Assembly (NCBI RefSeq): GCF_000354175.2
Contig: NC_022359.1
Span: 1,740,001 to 1,772,000 of the forward strand
Length of the DNA stretch: 32,000 nucleotides
Reading direction: 5' to 3'
From: Vibrio alginolyticus NBRC 15630 = ATCC 17749
Lineage (GTDB): Bacteria; Pseudomonadota; Gammaproteobacteria; Enterobacterales; Vibrionaceae
A program made the translations under genes and the position numbers. The notes beneath the pieces were generated by a model. The model was given only the letters and a program-made list of their open reading frames with translations. It did no database searches and had not been told where the DNA came from. Below, one piece after another: positions 8,377 through 17,325 of the stretch; the stretch's first letter is position 1, and each line of letters begins with the position of its first letter.

Positions 8377-9327
8377 ATGATGAAGCGAATCATTCTTGGC
8401 ACCCTAGCCCTGACTCTTTTAACTGCCTGTTCCAAAGATGACGGACAGCAAGCCCTTGGCACATTAGAACGTGACCGCGTAACCTTCACTGCCACCTCTA
8501 GCGAGATAATTCGTGCCCTACCCATTAAGGAAGGCAGCCAAGTCACCGAAGGAGAAGTGCTGGTTCAGCTCGATACAAAGAACCAAGAAGCCGTTTTAGC
8601 TCACGCAGTTGCCGAACAAGCCAAGGCTGACGCCTATCTTTTGAAATTGACCAATGGTGAGCGACCAGAAGACATTGCCGCAGCGCAAGCACGCGTTGCC
8701 AGAGCGGAAGCTCAATTGGTTGAAGCGCAAAAGAACTACCAACGTAAAGCGGAGTTAGTCCGCAAGAAACTCATCAGCCAATCAGAAAAAGACACCGCTT
8801 TAGCAGCCAGAGATTCTGCCCGCGCTGAATTGGACTCCTCACAAGAAGAGTTCAGTAAACTGACGGCTGGCTCTCGCCCTGAAGATATTGAACAAGCGAA
8901 AGCCGCACTCATGGCTGCAAAAGCCGATGTAGCACTGCAAGAACAAAAGCTGGCAGAACTCACCATCACGGCCACGCGAGATGGCTTGTTAGATAACCTA
9001 CCGTTTAACCTTGGTGAACGCGTTCCTGTTAATGGTATTGTTGCCGTAATTCAAGCCAGCCGCGTCCCATACGCTCGCGTTTATGTTCCTGCTAACTATC
9101 GAGTCGACTTTGTGCCGGGTAAAACGGTTAACGTGCATGTAGATGGCGTTGAGCAACCGTATAGCGGCACCGTTCGTTGGGTAGCAACTGAGCCTTCATT
9201 CACGCCCTATTTCGCGCTTACCGAGGAAGAACGCTCGCGTTTGATGTACCTAGCAGAAGTCGACCTACAAGACTCCGCACAATCCTTGCCTTCAGGTATC
9301 CCAGCGCAAGTGGATTTGGTGGAGTAA
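8377..9327 (+). CDS. HlyD-family periplasmic adaptor (YbhG-like), lipoprotein
   Basis: Lipobox LLTAC. Long coiled-coil with repeated GERPEDI / GSRPEDI hairpin motifs. Beta-barrel C-terminus. First gene of a tightly coupled three-gene operon. Confidence 0.85.
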   Translation: MMKRIILGTLALTLLTACSKDDGQQALGTLERDRVTFTATSSEIIRALPIKEGSQVTEGEVLVQLDTKNQEAVLAHAVAEQAKADAYLLKLTNGERPEDIAAAQARVARAEAQLVEAQKNYQRKAELVRKKLISQSEKDTALAARDSARAELDSSQEEFSKLTAGSRPEDIEQAKAALMAAKADVALQEQKLAELTITATRDGLLDNLPFNLGERVPVNGIVAVIQASRVPYARVYVPANYRVDFVPGKTVNVHVDGVEQPYSGTVRWVATEPSFTPYFALTEEERSRLMYLAEVDLQDSAQSLPSGIPAQVDLVE

Positions 9328-9331
9328 GCCA

Positions 9332-10258
9332 ATGACCGAATACGCGATTCAAGCTGAAAATGTAGTGAAGAAGTTTGGTGACTTCACCGCCATCAACAAC
9401 ATCACGCTTAATGTGCCCAAAGGCAGTATTTATGGTTTTCTTGGCCCCAACGGCTGCGGTAAATCGACAACCATTCGTGTGTTAACAGGCCTACTCAGCC
9501 CAAGTGAGGGCAATGTTGATGTACTAGGACTCGAGATCCCAAAACAATCGGAATTGCTGCGCCTCAAGATTGGCTACATGACACAAAAGTTTTCCCTCTA
9601 TGATGACCTGACGGTTCAAGAGAATCTTGAGTTTATTGGACAAATCTTTGGTATGGAAACCAAGGCCCTAAAGGCTCGCATCGAAGAACAACTAGCCACC
9701 TACGGTCTCGACCAACTGCGTAAACAGCGCGTCGGAGGAATGAGCGGCGGCCAGAAACAACGCTTGTCTCTCGCCGCAGCCACCATGCATAAACCAGAAC
9801 TGTTGTTTCTCGATGAACCCACGTCTGCGGTTGACCCAGAGAACCGACGCGATTTCTGGGAGCAGTTGTTTGATCTCTCTGACCAAGGTACGACGATTTT
9901 GGTCACAACGCACTACATGGATGAAGCGGAGCGTTGCCATCGTCTGGCTATCATGGAAGCTGGGGAAATCCGCGCCGATGGTGAGCCAGAAGAACTCATG
10001 ACGCAAATGGGCGTTAACATCGTCGAAGTCAAAGCGGATAACTTACGCGAGCTAAAAGAGAAAGTCATTCGACGCGAAGAAGTCCGTTCTGCCGCACAGC
10101 TCGGCATTCGCTTACGCATTTTGATCCACCAGCACATCGAACAACCGATCGAATGGTTAACCCAAACCTTTCCAGAGCTTGAGGGCTGCGAGATGAACAT
10201 TGCTCGCCCGAGCTTGGAAGATGTGTTTGTCAGTGTTACGGGAGAAGGTCGCCAATGA
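9332..10258 (+). CDS. ABC transporter ATP-binding protein (single NBD)
   Basis: Walker A GPNGCGKST, signature MSGGQKQRL, Walker B LLFLDEPTS, H-loop TTHYM. Confidence 0.93.
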   Translation: MTEYAIQAENVVKKFGDFTAINNITLNVPKGSIYGFLGPNGCGKSTTIRVLTGLLSPSEGNVDVLGLEIPKQSELLRLKIGYMTQKFSLYDDLTVQENLEFIGQIFGMETKALKARIEEQLATYGLDQLRKQRVGGMSGGQKQRLSLAAATMHKPELLFLDEPTSAVDPENRRDFWEQLFDLSDQGTTILVTTHYMDEAERCHRLAIMEAGEIRADGEPEELMTQMGVNIVEVKADNLRELKEKVIRREEVRSAAQLGIRLRILIHQHIEQPIEWLTQTFPELEGCEMNIARPSLEDVFVSVTGEGRQ

Positions 10259-11355
10259 TGAAATCTATTGCCCGTATGAAAGCGGTAATGATCAAAGAGA
10301 TCCGTCAGCTTTCACGTGACCGCATTACCTTTGGCATGGTCGTGATGATCCCGTTGATTCAGCTCCTGCTGTTCGGCTTTGCCATTAATACCGATATTCG
10401 CAACATTCCCGTTGGCGTCGTCGATCAAAGTGGCAGTACTGCCGGGCGCGTGATTACCGAGTCCGTCAAAGTCACACAAGTGGTCGATGTGGTCGAAACC
10501 TTCGCTACCGCATCAGAAGCCGAGCAAGCCATTCAAGACGGCTTGGTACGAGCGGCTTTGATTCTGCCTAGCGACTTAACCCAACGTATGGTGCAAGGTC
10601 GAGAACTTGGACAGTGGATTGTGGATGGTTCAGACACCATGATCAGCTCTGCGATTCTCTCGCTACAAACCATGCCGTTAACGGATTTTGATTTTGAGAT
10701 ACGCCCTGCCCCAACCAAAACCTTTGAAGTTGCGCTGTATTACAACCCGAGTCGGCGCTCGGCGGTGAACATTGTCCCCGGTTTATTGGGCGTGATTCTG
10801 ACTATGACGATGATCTTGTTCACTAGTGCAGCCATTGTTCGTGAGCGGGAACGCGGCAATTTAGAGTTACTGATTACTACGCCAATCCACTCCATCGAAC
10901 TCATGGTGGCGAAGATCATTCCCTACATCTTTGTTGGTCTGATACAGGTGTTTATCATTTTAGGCTTGGGGCACTGGATATTTGGCGTGCCAATAAACGG
11001 CGCCATTAGTCAGATACTGTTTGGCACGCTGCTGTTTATCGCCGCGAGTTTAACCTTAGGTTTGGTGATATCCACCATTGCGACGACACAGCTTCAGGCC
11101 ATGCAGATGACGGTGTTTATTCTTTTGCCATCGATTCTTCTGTCCGGATTTATGTTCCCTTATGAAGGAATGCCCGTCGCGGCACAATGGATCTCAGAAG
11201 CCCTGCCTGCCACTCACTTTATGCGCATTATTCGTGGTGTGGTGTTGCGTGGTGCAGATTTAATGGAGCTATGGCGAGATACAGTCTGGTTACTTGGATT
11301 CACTGTTATCGGCCTTATTGTCGCTTCATTTCGCTTCAAAAAATCACTCGACTAA
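10255..11355 (+). CDS. ABC-2 type transporter permease (YbhR/YbhS-like)
   Basis: ATGA start/stop overlap with the ATPase gene. One N-terminal TM helix, a large periplasmic loop, then five C-terminal TM helices, as is typical of ABC-2 permeases. Confidence 0.88.
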   Translation: MMKSIARMKAVMIKEIRQLSRDRITFGMVVMIPLIQLLLFGFAINTDIRNIPVGVVDQSGSTAGRVITESVKVTQVVDVVETFATASEAEQAIQDGLVRAALILPSDLTQRMVQGRELGQWIVDGSDTMISSAILSLQTMPLTDFDFEIRPAPTKTFEVALYYNPSRRSAVNIVPGLLGVILTMTMILFTSAAIVRERERGNLELLITTPIHSIELMVAKIIPYIFVGLIQVFIILGLGHWIFGVPINGAISQILFGTLLFIAASLTLGLVISTIATTQLQAMQMTVFILLPSILLSGFMFPYEGMPVAAQWISEALPATHFMRIIRGVVLRGADLMELWRDTVWLLGFTVIGLIVASFRFKKSLD

Positions 11356-11390
11356 TCCCACGATATTGCGTTCATTCCTTAAAAACAAAA

Positions 11391-11417
11391 ATAGCCCCAA
11401 CGAAGGGCTATTTTTTG
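11391..11417. terminator. Bidirectional rho-independent terminator between convergent genes
   Basis: atagccc-caacgaa-gggctat is flanked by an A-run upstream and tttttt downstream. Confidence 0.75.
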
Positions 11418-11464
11418 TTGGTGTATTCATACACTGTGCTATCGAGCTCAACTCTCAGACAATA

Positions 11465-11836
11465 TTAATAGTACTCACCGTAGGAACAATCTCGTAAATC
11501 GGAAATATTGTAGTTTTTCAAAGAGTTTATTTTAAAGTTGAACACTACCTGTTTACAGACAACGCCTTCGCGATCCGTGTACGTGATAATACCTTCACTG
11601 TACGCTCGCTGACCATCAGAGGATGTCACGTCAGCAACAAGTTCCAAATGGCCCTTATGCGCGTCTACGCGATTCATCATCTCAAACACATCTACCCACT
11701 CTTCGCGATTTGCCATTTGTATTAGCATCGATTTCGCCTGTGTTTCCAACTGCTGGGGGTATACATAATAACGGTTGTAACCAAAGTATGCGCACATAAG
11801 TAATAAAACGAGTGCAAATGAGGTTGTTCTTGTCAT
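11465..11836 (-). CDS. Hypothetical membrane-anchored protein (123 aa)
   Basis: SD gaggaag lies 6 nt upstream of the ATG. N-terminal hydrophobic helix FALVLLLMCAYFGY. I recognise no family. Confidence 0.6.
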   Translation of the reverse strand: MTRTTSFALVLLLMCAYFGYNRYYVYPQQLETQAKSMLIQMANREEWVDVFEMMNRVDAHKGHLELVADVTSSDGQRAYSEGIITYTDREGVVCKQVVFNFKINSLKNYNISDLRDCSYGEYY

Positions 11837-12027
11837 ACAAGCTTCCTCTTGTTGTTATAAAAATCTTGCTTCGTTAATTCAGTATAGGAAGCGAGCAAAG
11901 TTTAGGTTATAGAACTTGCCCAAATAACAGGGGACAGTCAGAGACAGTCAATTCTATGACAAGCTCAACAACAAACTTTATTGCACTCTCATCATGGGCT
12001 TGAACAAAAATACGCCACAGAGACAGC

Positions 12028-12054
12028 AAGAAGTAAGAAGTAAGAAGTAAGAAA
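12028..12054. repeat. Heptanucleotide tandem repeat (aagaagt x 3.6)
   Basis: aagaagt aagaagt aagaagt aagaaag, read directly from the sequence. It sits in a purine-rich 370-bp spacer between the fdh stop and the 123-aa gene. Confidence 0.8.
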
Positions 12055-12213
12055 GGAAAACTAACCGGAGCGCGGTGATAACAGAAAAGTAAAAGGAGTT
12101 TGAAGAAAAAGACAATCCGAGTGAATGTAGTGAGAGCGGAAATCAAGAGTAGATTATCCGCCCATCAACTAGGCTCAAATTGTCAGTGCCCACAACAACG
12201 TGACTCGCCGAAT

Positions 12214-15200
12214 TTAAACGTGTTGGTAACTATCTTCGAGAGACTCTGTCTGCGTTGTCTTTTCGCTCACTTCCACTTTAACCGCAGCGACCTTGAACTC
12301 AGGGATCTTCGCATGCGGGTCAGTTGCCGTTGTCGTTAGGCGGTTGACTGGCGATTCAACAAAGTGGAAAGGAATGAACACCACACCTTTTTGAATCCGC
12401 TTAGTCACAAAGGCATCAATCTCAATGCTGCCGCGACGTGTAGACACTGTCAGACGCTGACCATTACTGATGCCAAGTGCTTCTGCGTCTTCCACGCTAA
12501 CCATTGCGCGAGGGCCAGCAAGGTTATCCAACCCTTTGGTTTTGCGCGTCATGGTGCCAGTGTGGAACTGCTCAAGTACGCGACCCGTCGTTAACACAAG
12601 TGGGTACTCTTCATCTGGCAGCTCAGCCGCATAACGGAACGGTACGCCCACCATTTGCCCTTTACCACGAGTAAACTGGGTTTGGTGCATGATGCGAGTA
12701 CCCGCAGGGTTGTTCTTGTTGCTAGGCCATTGCACACCGTTTGGCGTAATGGCATCCCAACGAAGACCCGCGTATTGAGGTGTCACTCGTGCAATTTCAT
12801 TAGTGATATCAGACACGCAGTGGTAATCCCAATCACTACCCATGGCATTGGCGATCTCTTGGATAATCCACCAATCTTCTTTCGCTTCACCCGGCGCCGT
12901 GACAACCGGATTCACGCGCTGAACACGACGCTCCGTATTGGTGAAGTGACCCGCTTTCTCTGCAAACGAGCAAGAAGGCAGAACCACATCCGCGTATTGC
13001 GCGGTTTCCGTTAGGAAGATGTCTTGAACTACCAAGAAATCGAGCGCTTCTAAACCTTCAATCACATGCGCTTGGTTCGGGTCACTCAACACTGGGTTCT
13101 CACCCATGATGTACATACCACGAACGTCACGATGGCAAGCCGCATCAATGATTTCTGTCAGGGTTAGACCTTGCTCAGAAGGCAGATTTGGTGCGTTCCA
13201 TTCAATCGCAAACTTCTGACGCACAATTGGGTTGTATACCTTTTGATAGCCCGGGAAGCTGTTTGGCAAAGCGCCCATATCACACGCGCCTTGCACGTTA
13301 GATTGACCACGTAGTGGGTTAATACCACCACCTTCAATACCGATGTTGCCACACAGCAATTGCAGGTTAGCGATAGAACGCACGTTGTCATGACCTGTCG
13401 TGTGCTGAGTAATACCCATCGAGTAGTAAACAGCCGTACGATCTGCTGTACCGATCATGCGCGCCATTGCTTGAATGTCTTCGGCTTTTACGCCCGTAAC
13501 CAACTCCACTTTATCGAGGTTATAGGCTGGCGACATCACTTCTTGCAGTAAGGTATCAAAGCCGTCGACACGTTCTTCGATGTACTCTTGATCGTACCAA
13601 CCGTTCTTGATGATCTGCTGCATGACACCGTTTAGGAGCATCACATCCGTACCCGGACGGTGCGCCATATACAGCTCAGCATGCTCTGCCATATCGACAC
13701 GTTTCGGGTCAGCCACAATCAAACGAGCGCCGTGGTGACGAATTGCTTGTTTGATATGTGAAGCAATAATCGGGTGCGCCGATGTGGTATCCGAACCAAT
13801 AATAAAGATCACATCCGAGTGCTTAATGCTTGGAATGTCGTTGGTCATTGCACCACTACCCAGTGACGCTTCAAGACCGGTTACACTCGATGCGTGGCAC
13901 AAACGCGCACAGTGGTCGACGTTATTGGTGCCCAGTTCACGACGGACAAATTTTTGGAACGCGTAGTTGTCTTCGTTGGTGGTTTTCGCTGAAGAGAAAC
14001 CCGCCAATGCGTTGCTGCCAAAATCTTGCTTGATGCCAGAGAACTTGCTCGCAATCAGTTGAATCGCCTCTTCCCAACTTGCAGGCTGCAACCAACCGTC
14101 TTTACGAATCAATGGCGTGGTAAGACGCTCTTCACTGCCAATGAAATCAAAACCAAAGCGCCCTTTCACACACAGCATGCCTTGGTTCACTGGCGAGTCA
14201 CCGCCCTTCACGTAACGAATCGTATTGGTTGCTTCATCCACGAACATAGTCAACTTACAGCCCACACCACAGTATGTACAAATGGTGTCGACCGCTTTCA
14301 GATCTTCGGTACGACCTTGTGAACGGTCACGACTATCGACCATTGCGCCCGTTGGACACACTTGAACGCACGCGCCACATTGCACGCAGTTCGAATCACC
14401 CATTAGGGTTAAGCCATTCTTGTTACTTCCAAAGTGTGGACGATCGTCAGGACGTAATGCAGGACGACCTTGTTTATCGCACACGAAGTTCAGTACACCG
14501 TGTACGGCTTTGTCGCGGCACGCTTGGATGCACTGACCACAGCTAATACAGCGGTTAGCATCAAACTCAATAAACTCAGAACTGCGGTCAACTTCGTACT
14601 TATGACGCAAGTCTTTCGCACGAAGATCTAGCCAATCTTGGTGTGATTTAATCTGCAAGGAGAAGTCAAAGCTTTGCTCAGCTTCATATTCGGTGGAGTA
14701 ATCACGCAGCGCACAATCAGTATTTGCCTGACAGCCACATTCTAGACAGCGCGCCGCTTCCTTCATTGCTTCTTCGTTATCAAAGCCCAACTCCACTTCA
14801 GCGAAGCTTTGCTCGCGTTGTACTGGAGTCAGCTCAGGCATGATAGATCGAGCAACTTTCTGGATGTTCTCGAAGTGAAGCGGATCGACTTGAGAGAGCT
14901 TCTTCTCTTTTCGTGAGTTGAACGCCGCCTTTGGCATATCCGCCATATCACCATTCAAAAATAGGTCTATTGCTTTTGCCGCAACACGACCATCACCCAC
15001 CGCTTCAACTGCCGTTGCTGGACCACGGCGGAAATCACCAATACTGAAGATGTTACCCGTGCCGGTGTGCATGGTCTTTTCATCGGCATCAGAAGTATTC
15101 CAGCGCGTAAGTGGAATCGACAAATCTTCGCCTTCGAGGAAGCTCAGATCTGGCTTTTGCGATACTGCTGCAATCACGGTGTCGAACTCTTCGGTAAAGA

Positions 15201-16452
15201 ACTCGCCAGTTGGTTTAGGGCTGCGACGACCAGATGCATCCGGCTCACCCAACGCCATGCGCTCTAGACGAATCGCATTCACGCGTCCGGTTTCATCGGC
15301 AAGGTTTTCTGCAGGATTGGTCAAGAAGTGGAATTTCACCCCTTCGTGTTCCGCTTCAACAATCTCGTAGTCTTCTGCCGGCATTTCGTCACGGGTACGA
15401 CGGTAAATCAACGTGGTGTCTGCACCAGCACGACGCGCAGTACGAGCACAGTCAATTGCCGTGTTACCACCGCCGATCACCGCGACTTTCTGACCCGTTA
15501 CATAGTTTTGCTCAGTCACGTAATCTTTGAGGTAATCAACACCTAAGTAGCAACCTTCAAGGTCACTGCCTGTGTAATGCATTTCGACCGCTTGAGACGC
15601 GCCGACCGCCAAACACACCGCGTCGTATTCTTCGCTCAATTGAGAAAGCGTGAAATCCACACCTAGCTTTTGATTGGTGTGAACTTGCATACCGTTGCGG
15701 CACATCAATTCGATTTCTTTATCGAGAATGTCTTTTGGTAAACGGTATTCAGGAATACCGTAACGCAACCAACCGCCCGCTTTTGGCATGGATTCAAAGA
15801 CCGTAACGTCGTAGCCTTCATTCGATAAGTAGTAGCCAGCTGTTAGACCACCAGGACCACTGCCCACGACGGCAATGTTCAAACCTTTACTTGGTTTCTT
15901 TTCCGGTACGTAGGCTTCATGCGCAGACAAATCCGCATCCGCGGCGTGACGTTTTAGCTGACGAATTGCGATTGGTTCATCGACTAACGAGCGGCGACAT
16001 TCGCTCTCACAAAATGCTGGGCATACACGGCCAATCGATAGTGGCATAGGAAGCGTACGCTTAATCACTTCAATCGCTTTTTGATGATCGTTCTGTGCAA
16101 TGTGATAAAGGTACGACTGGATATCCACGCCCGCAGGACACGCGGTTTTACATGGCGCTTCACAATCGGCGTAATGGTCCGTCATGATGCGGTTAAGTGC
16201 TTTTCTGCGGTGCTCGCTTAGTTGTTCTGATTGCGTGACCACATTAAGGCCGCGGTAAACTTCGAGTTCACACGCACGCTTAGTACCGCCGCTTTCGACT
16301 TCAACCACACACAAGTCACACGGTACTTTTTCATTACTTTTGTTCATTCCGCACAGCGATGGGATCTCGACCCCACACACTTTTGCTGCTTCTAAAAGGG
16401 TTAGACCCTCTTCTACAATTCTATATTTTCCATCGATGACAATTTCTATCAT
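12214..16452 (-). CDS. Fused NAD(P)-linked formate dehydrogenase: 2Fe-2S + GltD-like FAD/NAD(P) oxidoreductase + 4Fe-4S ferredoxins + Mo/W-bisPGD catalytic domain (Cys type)
   Basis: About 1412 aa from MIEIVIDGK. Plant-type 2Fe-2S N-terminus. GltD-like CEAPCKTACPAG followed by NIAVVGSGPGGLTAGYYL and VIGGGNTAIDCAR. CISCGQCIQAC and CVQCGACVQVCP. CTYCGVGCKL. Active site HCARLCHASSVTGL aligns with FdhF ...RVUHGPSVAGL. The 39 codons upstream (to 16569) have no RBS. Confidence 0.9.
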   Translation of the reverse strand: MIEIVIDGKYRIVEEGLTLLEAAKVCGVEIPSLCGMNKSNEKVPCDLCVVEVESGGTKRACELEVYRGLNVVTQSEQLSEHRRKALNRIMTDHYADCEAPCKTACPAGVDIQSYLYHIAQNDHQKAIEVIKRTLPMPLSIGRVCPAFCESECRRSLVDEPIAIRQLKRHAADADLSAHEAYVPEKKPSKGLNIAVVGSGPGGLTAGYYLSNEGYDVTVFESMPKAGGWLRYGIPEYRLPKDILDKEIELMCRNGMQVHTNQKLGVDFTLSQLSEEYDAVCLAVGASQAVEMHYTGSDLEGCYLGVDYLKDYVTEQNYVTGQKVAVIGGGNTAIDCARTARRAGADTTLIYRRTRDEMPAEDYEIVEAEHEGVKFHFLTNPAENLADETGRVNAIRLERMALGEPDASGRRSPKPTGEFFTEEFDTVIAAVSQKPDLSFLEGEDLSIPLTRWNTSDADEKTMHTGTGNIFSIGDFRRGPATAVEAVGDGRVAAKAIDLFLNGDMADMPKAAFNSRKEKKLSQVDPLHFENIQKVARSIMPELTPVQREQSFAEVELGFDNEEAMKEAARCLECGCQANTDCALRDYSTEYEAEQSFDFSLQIKSHQDWLDLRAKDLRHKYEVDRSSEFIEFDANRCISCGQCIQACRDKAVHGVLNFVCDKQGRPALRPDDRPHFGSNKNGLTLMGDSNCVQCGACVQVCPTGAMVDSRDRSQGRTEDLKAVDTICTYCGVGCKLTMFVDEATNTIRYVKGGDSPVNQGMLCVKGRFGFDFIGSEERLTTPLIRKDGWLQPASWEEAIQLIASKFSGIKQDFGSNALAGFSSAKTTNEDNYAFQKFVRRELGTNNVDHCARLCHASSVTGLEASLGSGAMTNDIPSIKHSDVIFIIGSDTTSAHPIIASHIKQAIRHHGARLIVADPKRVDMAEHAELYMAHRPGTDVMLLNGVMQQIIKNGWYDQEYIEERVDGFDTLLQEVMSPAYNLDKVELVTGVKAEDIQAMARMIGTADRTAVYYSMGITQHTTGHDNVRSIANLQLLCGNIGIEGGGINPLRGQSNVQGACDMGALPNSFPGYQKVYNPIVRQKFAIEWNAPNLPSEQGLTLTEIIDAACHRDVRGMYIMGENPVLSDPNQAHVIEGLEALDFLVVQDIFLTETAQYADVVLPSCSFAEKAGHFTNTERRVQRVNPVVTAPGEAKEDWWIIQEIANAMGSDWDYHCVSDITNEIARVTPQYAGLRWDAITPNGVQWPSNKNNPAGTRIMHQTQFTRGKGQMVGVPFRYAAELPDEEYPLVLTTGRVLEQFHTGTMTRKTKGLDNLAGPRAMVSVEDAEALGISNGQRLTVSTRRGSIEIDAFVTKRIQKGVVFIPFHFVESPVNRLTTTATDPHAKIPEFKVAAVKVEVSEKTTQTESLEDSYQHV

Positions 16453-16694
16453 GCAACCCCCGCAGCAAAGCAAATCCAAATCTGCACAAGTAAAACCATG
16501 CATTCTATAAGGATAATCATTTGTAAGACAAGTTAGTGTGATGTAAAACTTATAAACCACATTTTTCACGTGTCATAAAAAGCGAGGGCTTCTTTCGCTA
16601 ACTTTCAACACTCGGTGTTTAACAAACGTTTTACTCCCTCGAAAGTGCGAAAACTGTAGGGGTGGACTATTTTGATAATAAGAGTAATAAATGA

Positions 16695-16725
16695 TTGACC
16701 TTACCCTTAGGTTAACCTTTAGAAT
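16695..16725 (+). promoter_or_regulatory. Candidate promoter of the copper cluster with a 19-bp spacer
   Basis: TTGACC (16695-16700), a 19-bp spacer, then TAGAAT (16720-16725), 43 nt upstream of the ATG at 16768. The spacer contains the perfect 10-bp palindrome aggttaacct (16709-16718). Confidence 0.35.
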
Positions 16726-16767
16726 CGAAGGGTTTTCATCATTTTCATCAAACACATGGGAAAAGGT

Positions 16768-17190
16768 ATGCACTTAAAATCGCTGCATACAATCTGGTTA
16801 ACTCTCTTCACGACGCTAGTACTATTGGTATCTAGTGTGGCGAACAGTGAGCCGTTGATGAATATTCAAATGATGTCTACTGGCATGGCTCATCATCCTT
16901 CTATGATGAGTGACAGCGAACACTGCGGTATGCCCGGCATGATGGACGTCTCCATGACAGACGCTTCTATGTCCGAAGATGGCGATGCAAGAGAAACCAG
17001 CATGAACTGTGGTGGAGGCTCTGGCATGGTTCATACCTGCTGCACTGCCGCGTGTACGATAGTTTTCGTCCCCCTACCGAATCCTATCAATAGCCCAATG
17101 CCCGTCGTCTATCGCGCAACTATTACTCCTGAAGTTGCTTCCCCAGTCGTACACGTCAGCCGCGACCTATACCGACCTCCTATAGCCTAA
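16768..17190 (+). CDS. Secreted Met/His/Cys-rich small protein, first gene of the cus-like cluster (possibly CzcI-like)
   Basis: ATG at 16768 is preceded by ggaaaagg; ATG at 16756 is an alternative. Signal or anchor sequence LTLFTTLVLLVSSVANS. The mature part is very rich in Met (MNIQMMSTGMAHHPSMMSDSEHCGMPGMMDVSM). It has a CCTAAC cluster and a C-terminal YRPPIA. Confidence 0.65.
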   Translation: MHLKSLHTIWLTLFTTLVLLVSSVANSEPLMNIQMMSTGMAHHPSMMSDSEHCGMPGMMDVSMTDASMSEDGDARETSMNCGGGSGMVHTCCTAACTIVFVPLPNPINSPMPVVYRATITPEVASPVVHVSRDLYRPPIA

Positions 17191-17325
17191 ATCCGTCCTA
17201 GCATTCGACCCTGCGCGTGTATCGCAGGTTGTTTTAATGCGCCTGAACGATGAGGTGACAAGGCTTTACTGTTCCCGCAATAAAATCAGCACCTCCATCG
17301 ATCCGGCGAACACTGGATTTAGATT

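Noticed and set aside
11907-12339. 79-aa ORFs on both strands in the purine-rich spacer
   Set aside because: They are low-complexity translations (poly-Leu/Phe or Lys/Arg) of a compositionally biased repeat region. One also overlaps the fdh 3' end.
12364-15546. Many 60-150-aa ORFs on the plus strand inside the fdh gene (for example 12655-13014 and 14918-15370)
   Set aside because: They lie entirely antisense to a well-supported 4.2-kb CDS. Their Arg/Ser/Cys-rich composition is typical of shadow frames, and they have no RBS.
12214-16452. Selenocysteine recoding in the formate dehydrogenase
   Set aside because: The frame has no internal TGA, and the position equivalent to FdhF U140 is a Cys codon (LCHAS). 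No SECIS element is needed.
16453-16569. 39-codon N-terminal extension of the formate dehydrogenase ORF (MKNVVYKFYITL...)
   Set aside because: No RBS is present, and the residues are Cys/Leu-rich with no domain. The 2Fe-2S domain begins exactly at MIEIVIDGK (ATG at 16452), which has a G-rich SD. I treat this stretch as 5' UTR.
16453-16700. Possible molybdenum-cofactor (Moco) riboswitch in the fdh 5' leader
   Set aside because: I read the minus-strand leader looking for the conserved Moco-motif core near the SD and did not find it. Only generic short stems are present (cgaggg/ccctcg, aacac/gtgtt). A covariance-model scan would be needed to exclude it formally.
16573-16773. 66-aa minus-strand ORF in the fdh/cus divergent promoter region
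   Set aside because: There is no SD, it overlaps the start of the plus-strand small gene, and its composition is implausible.
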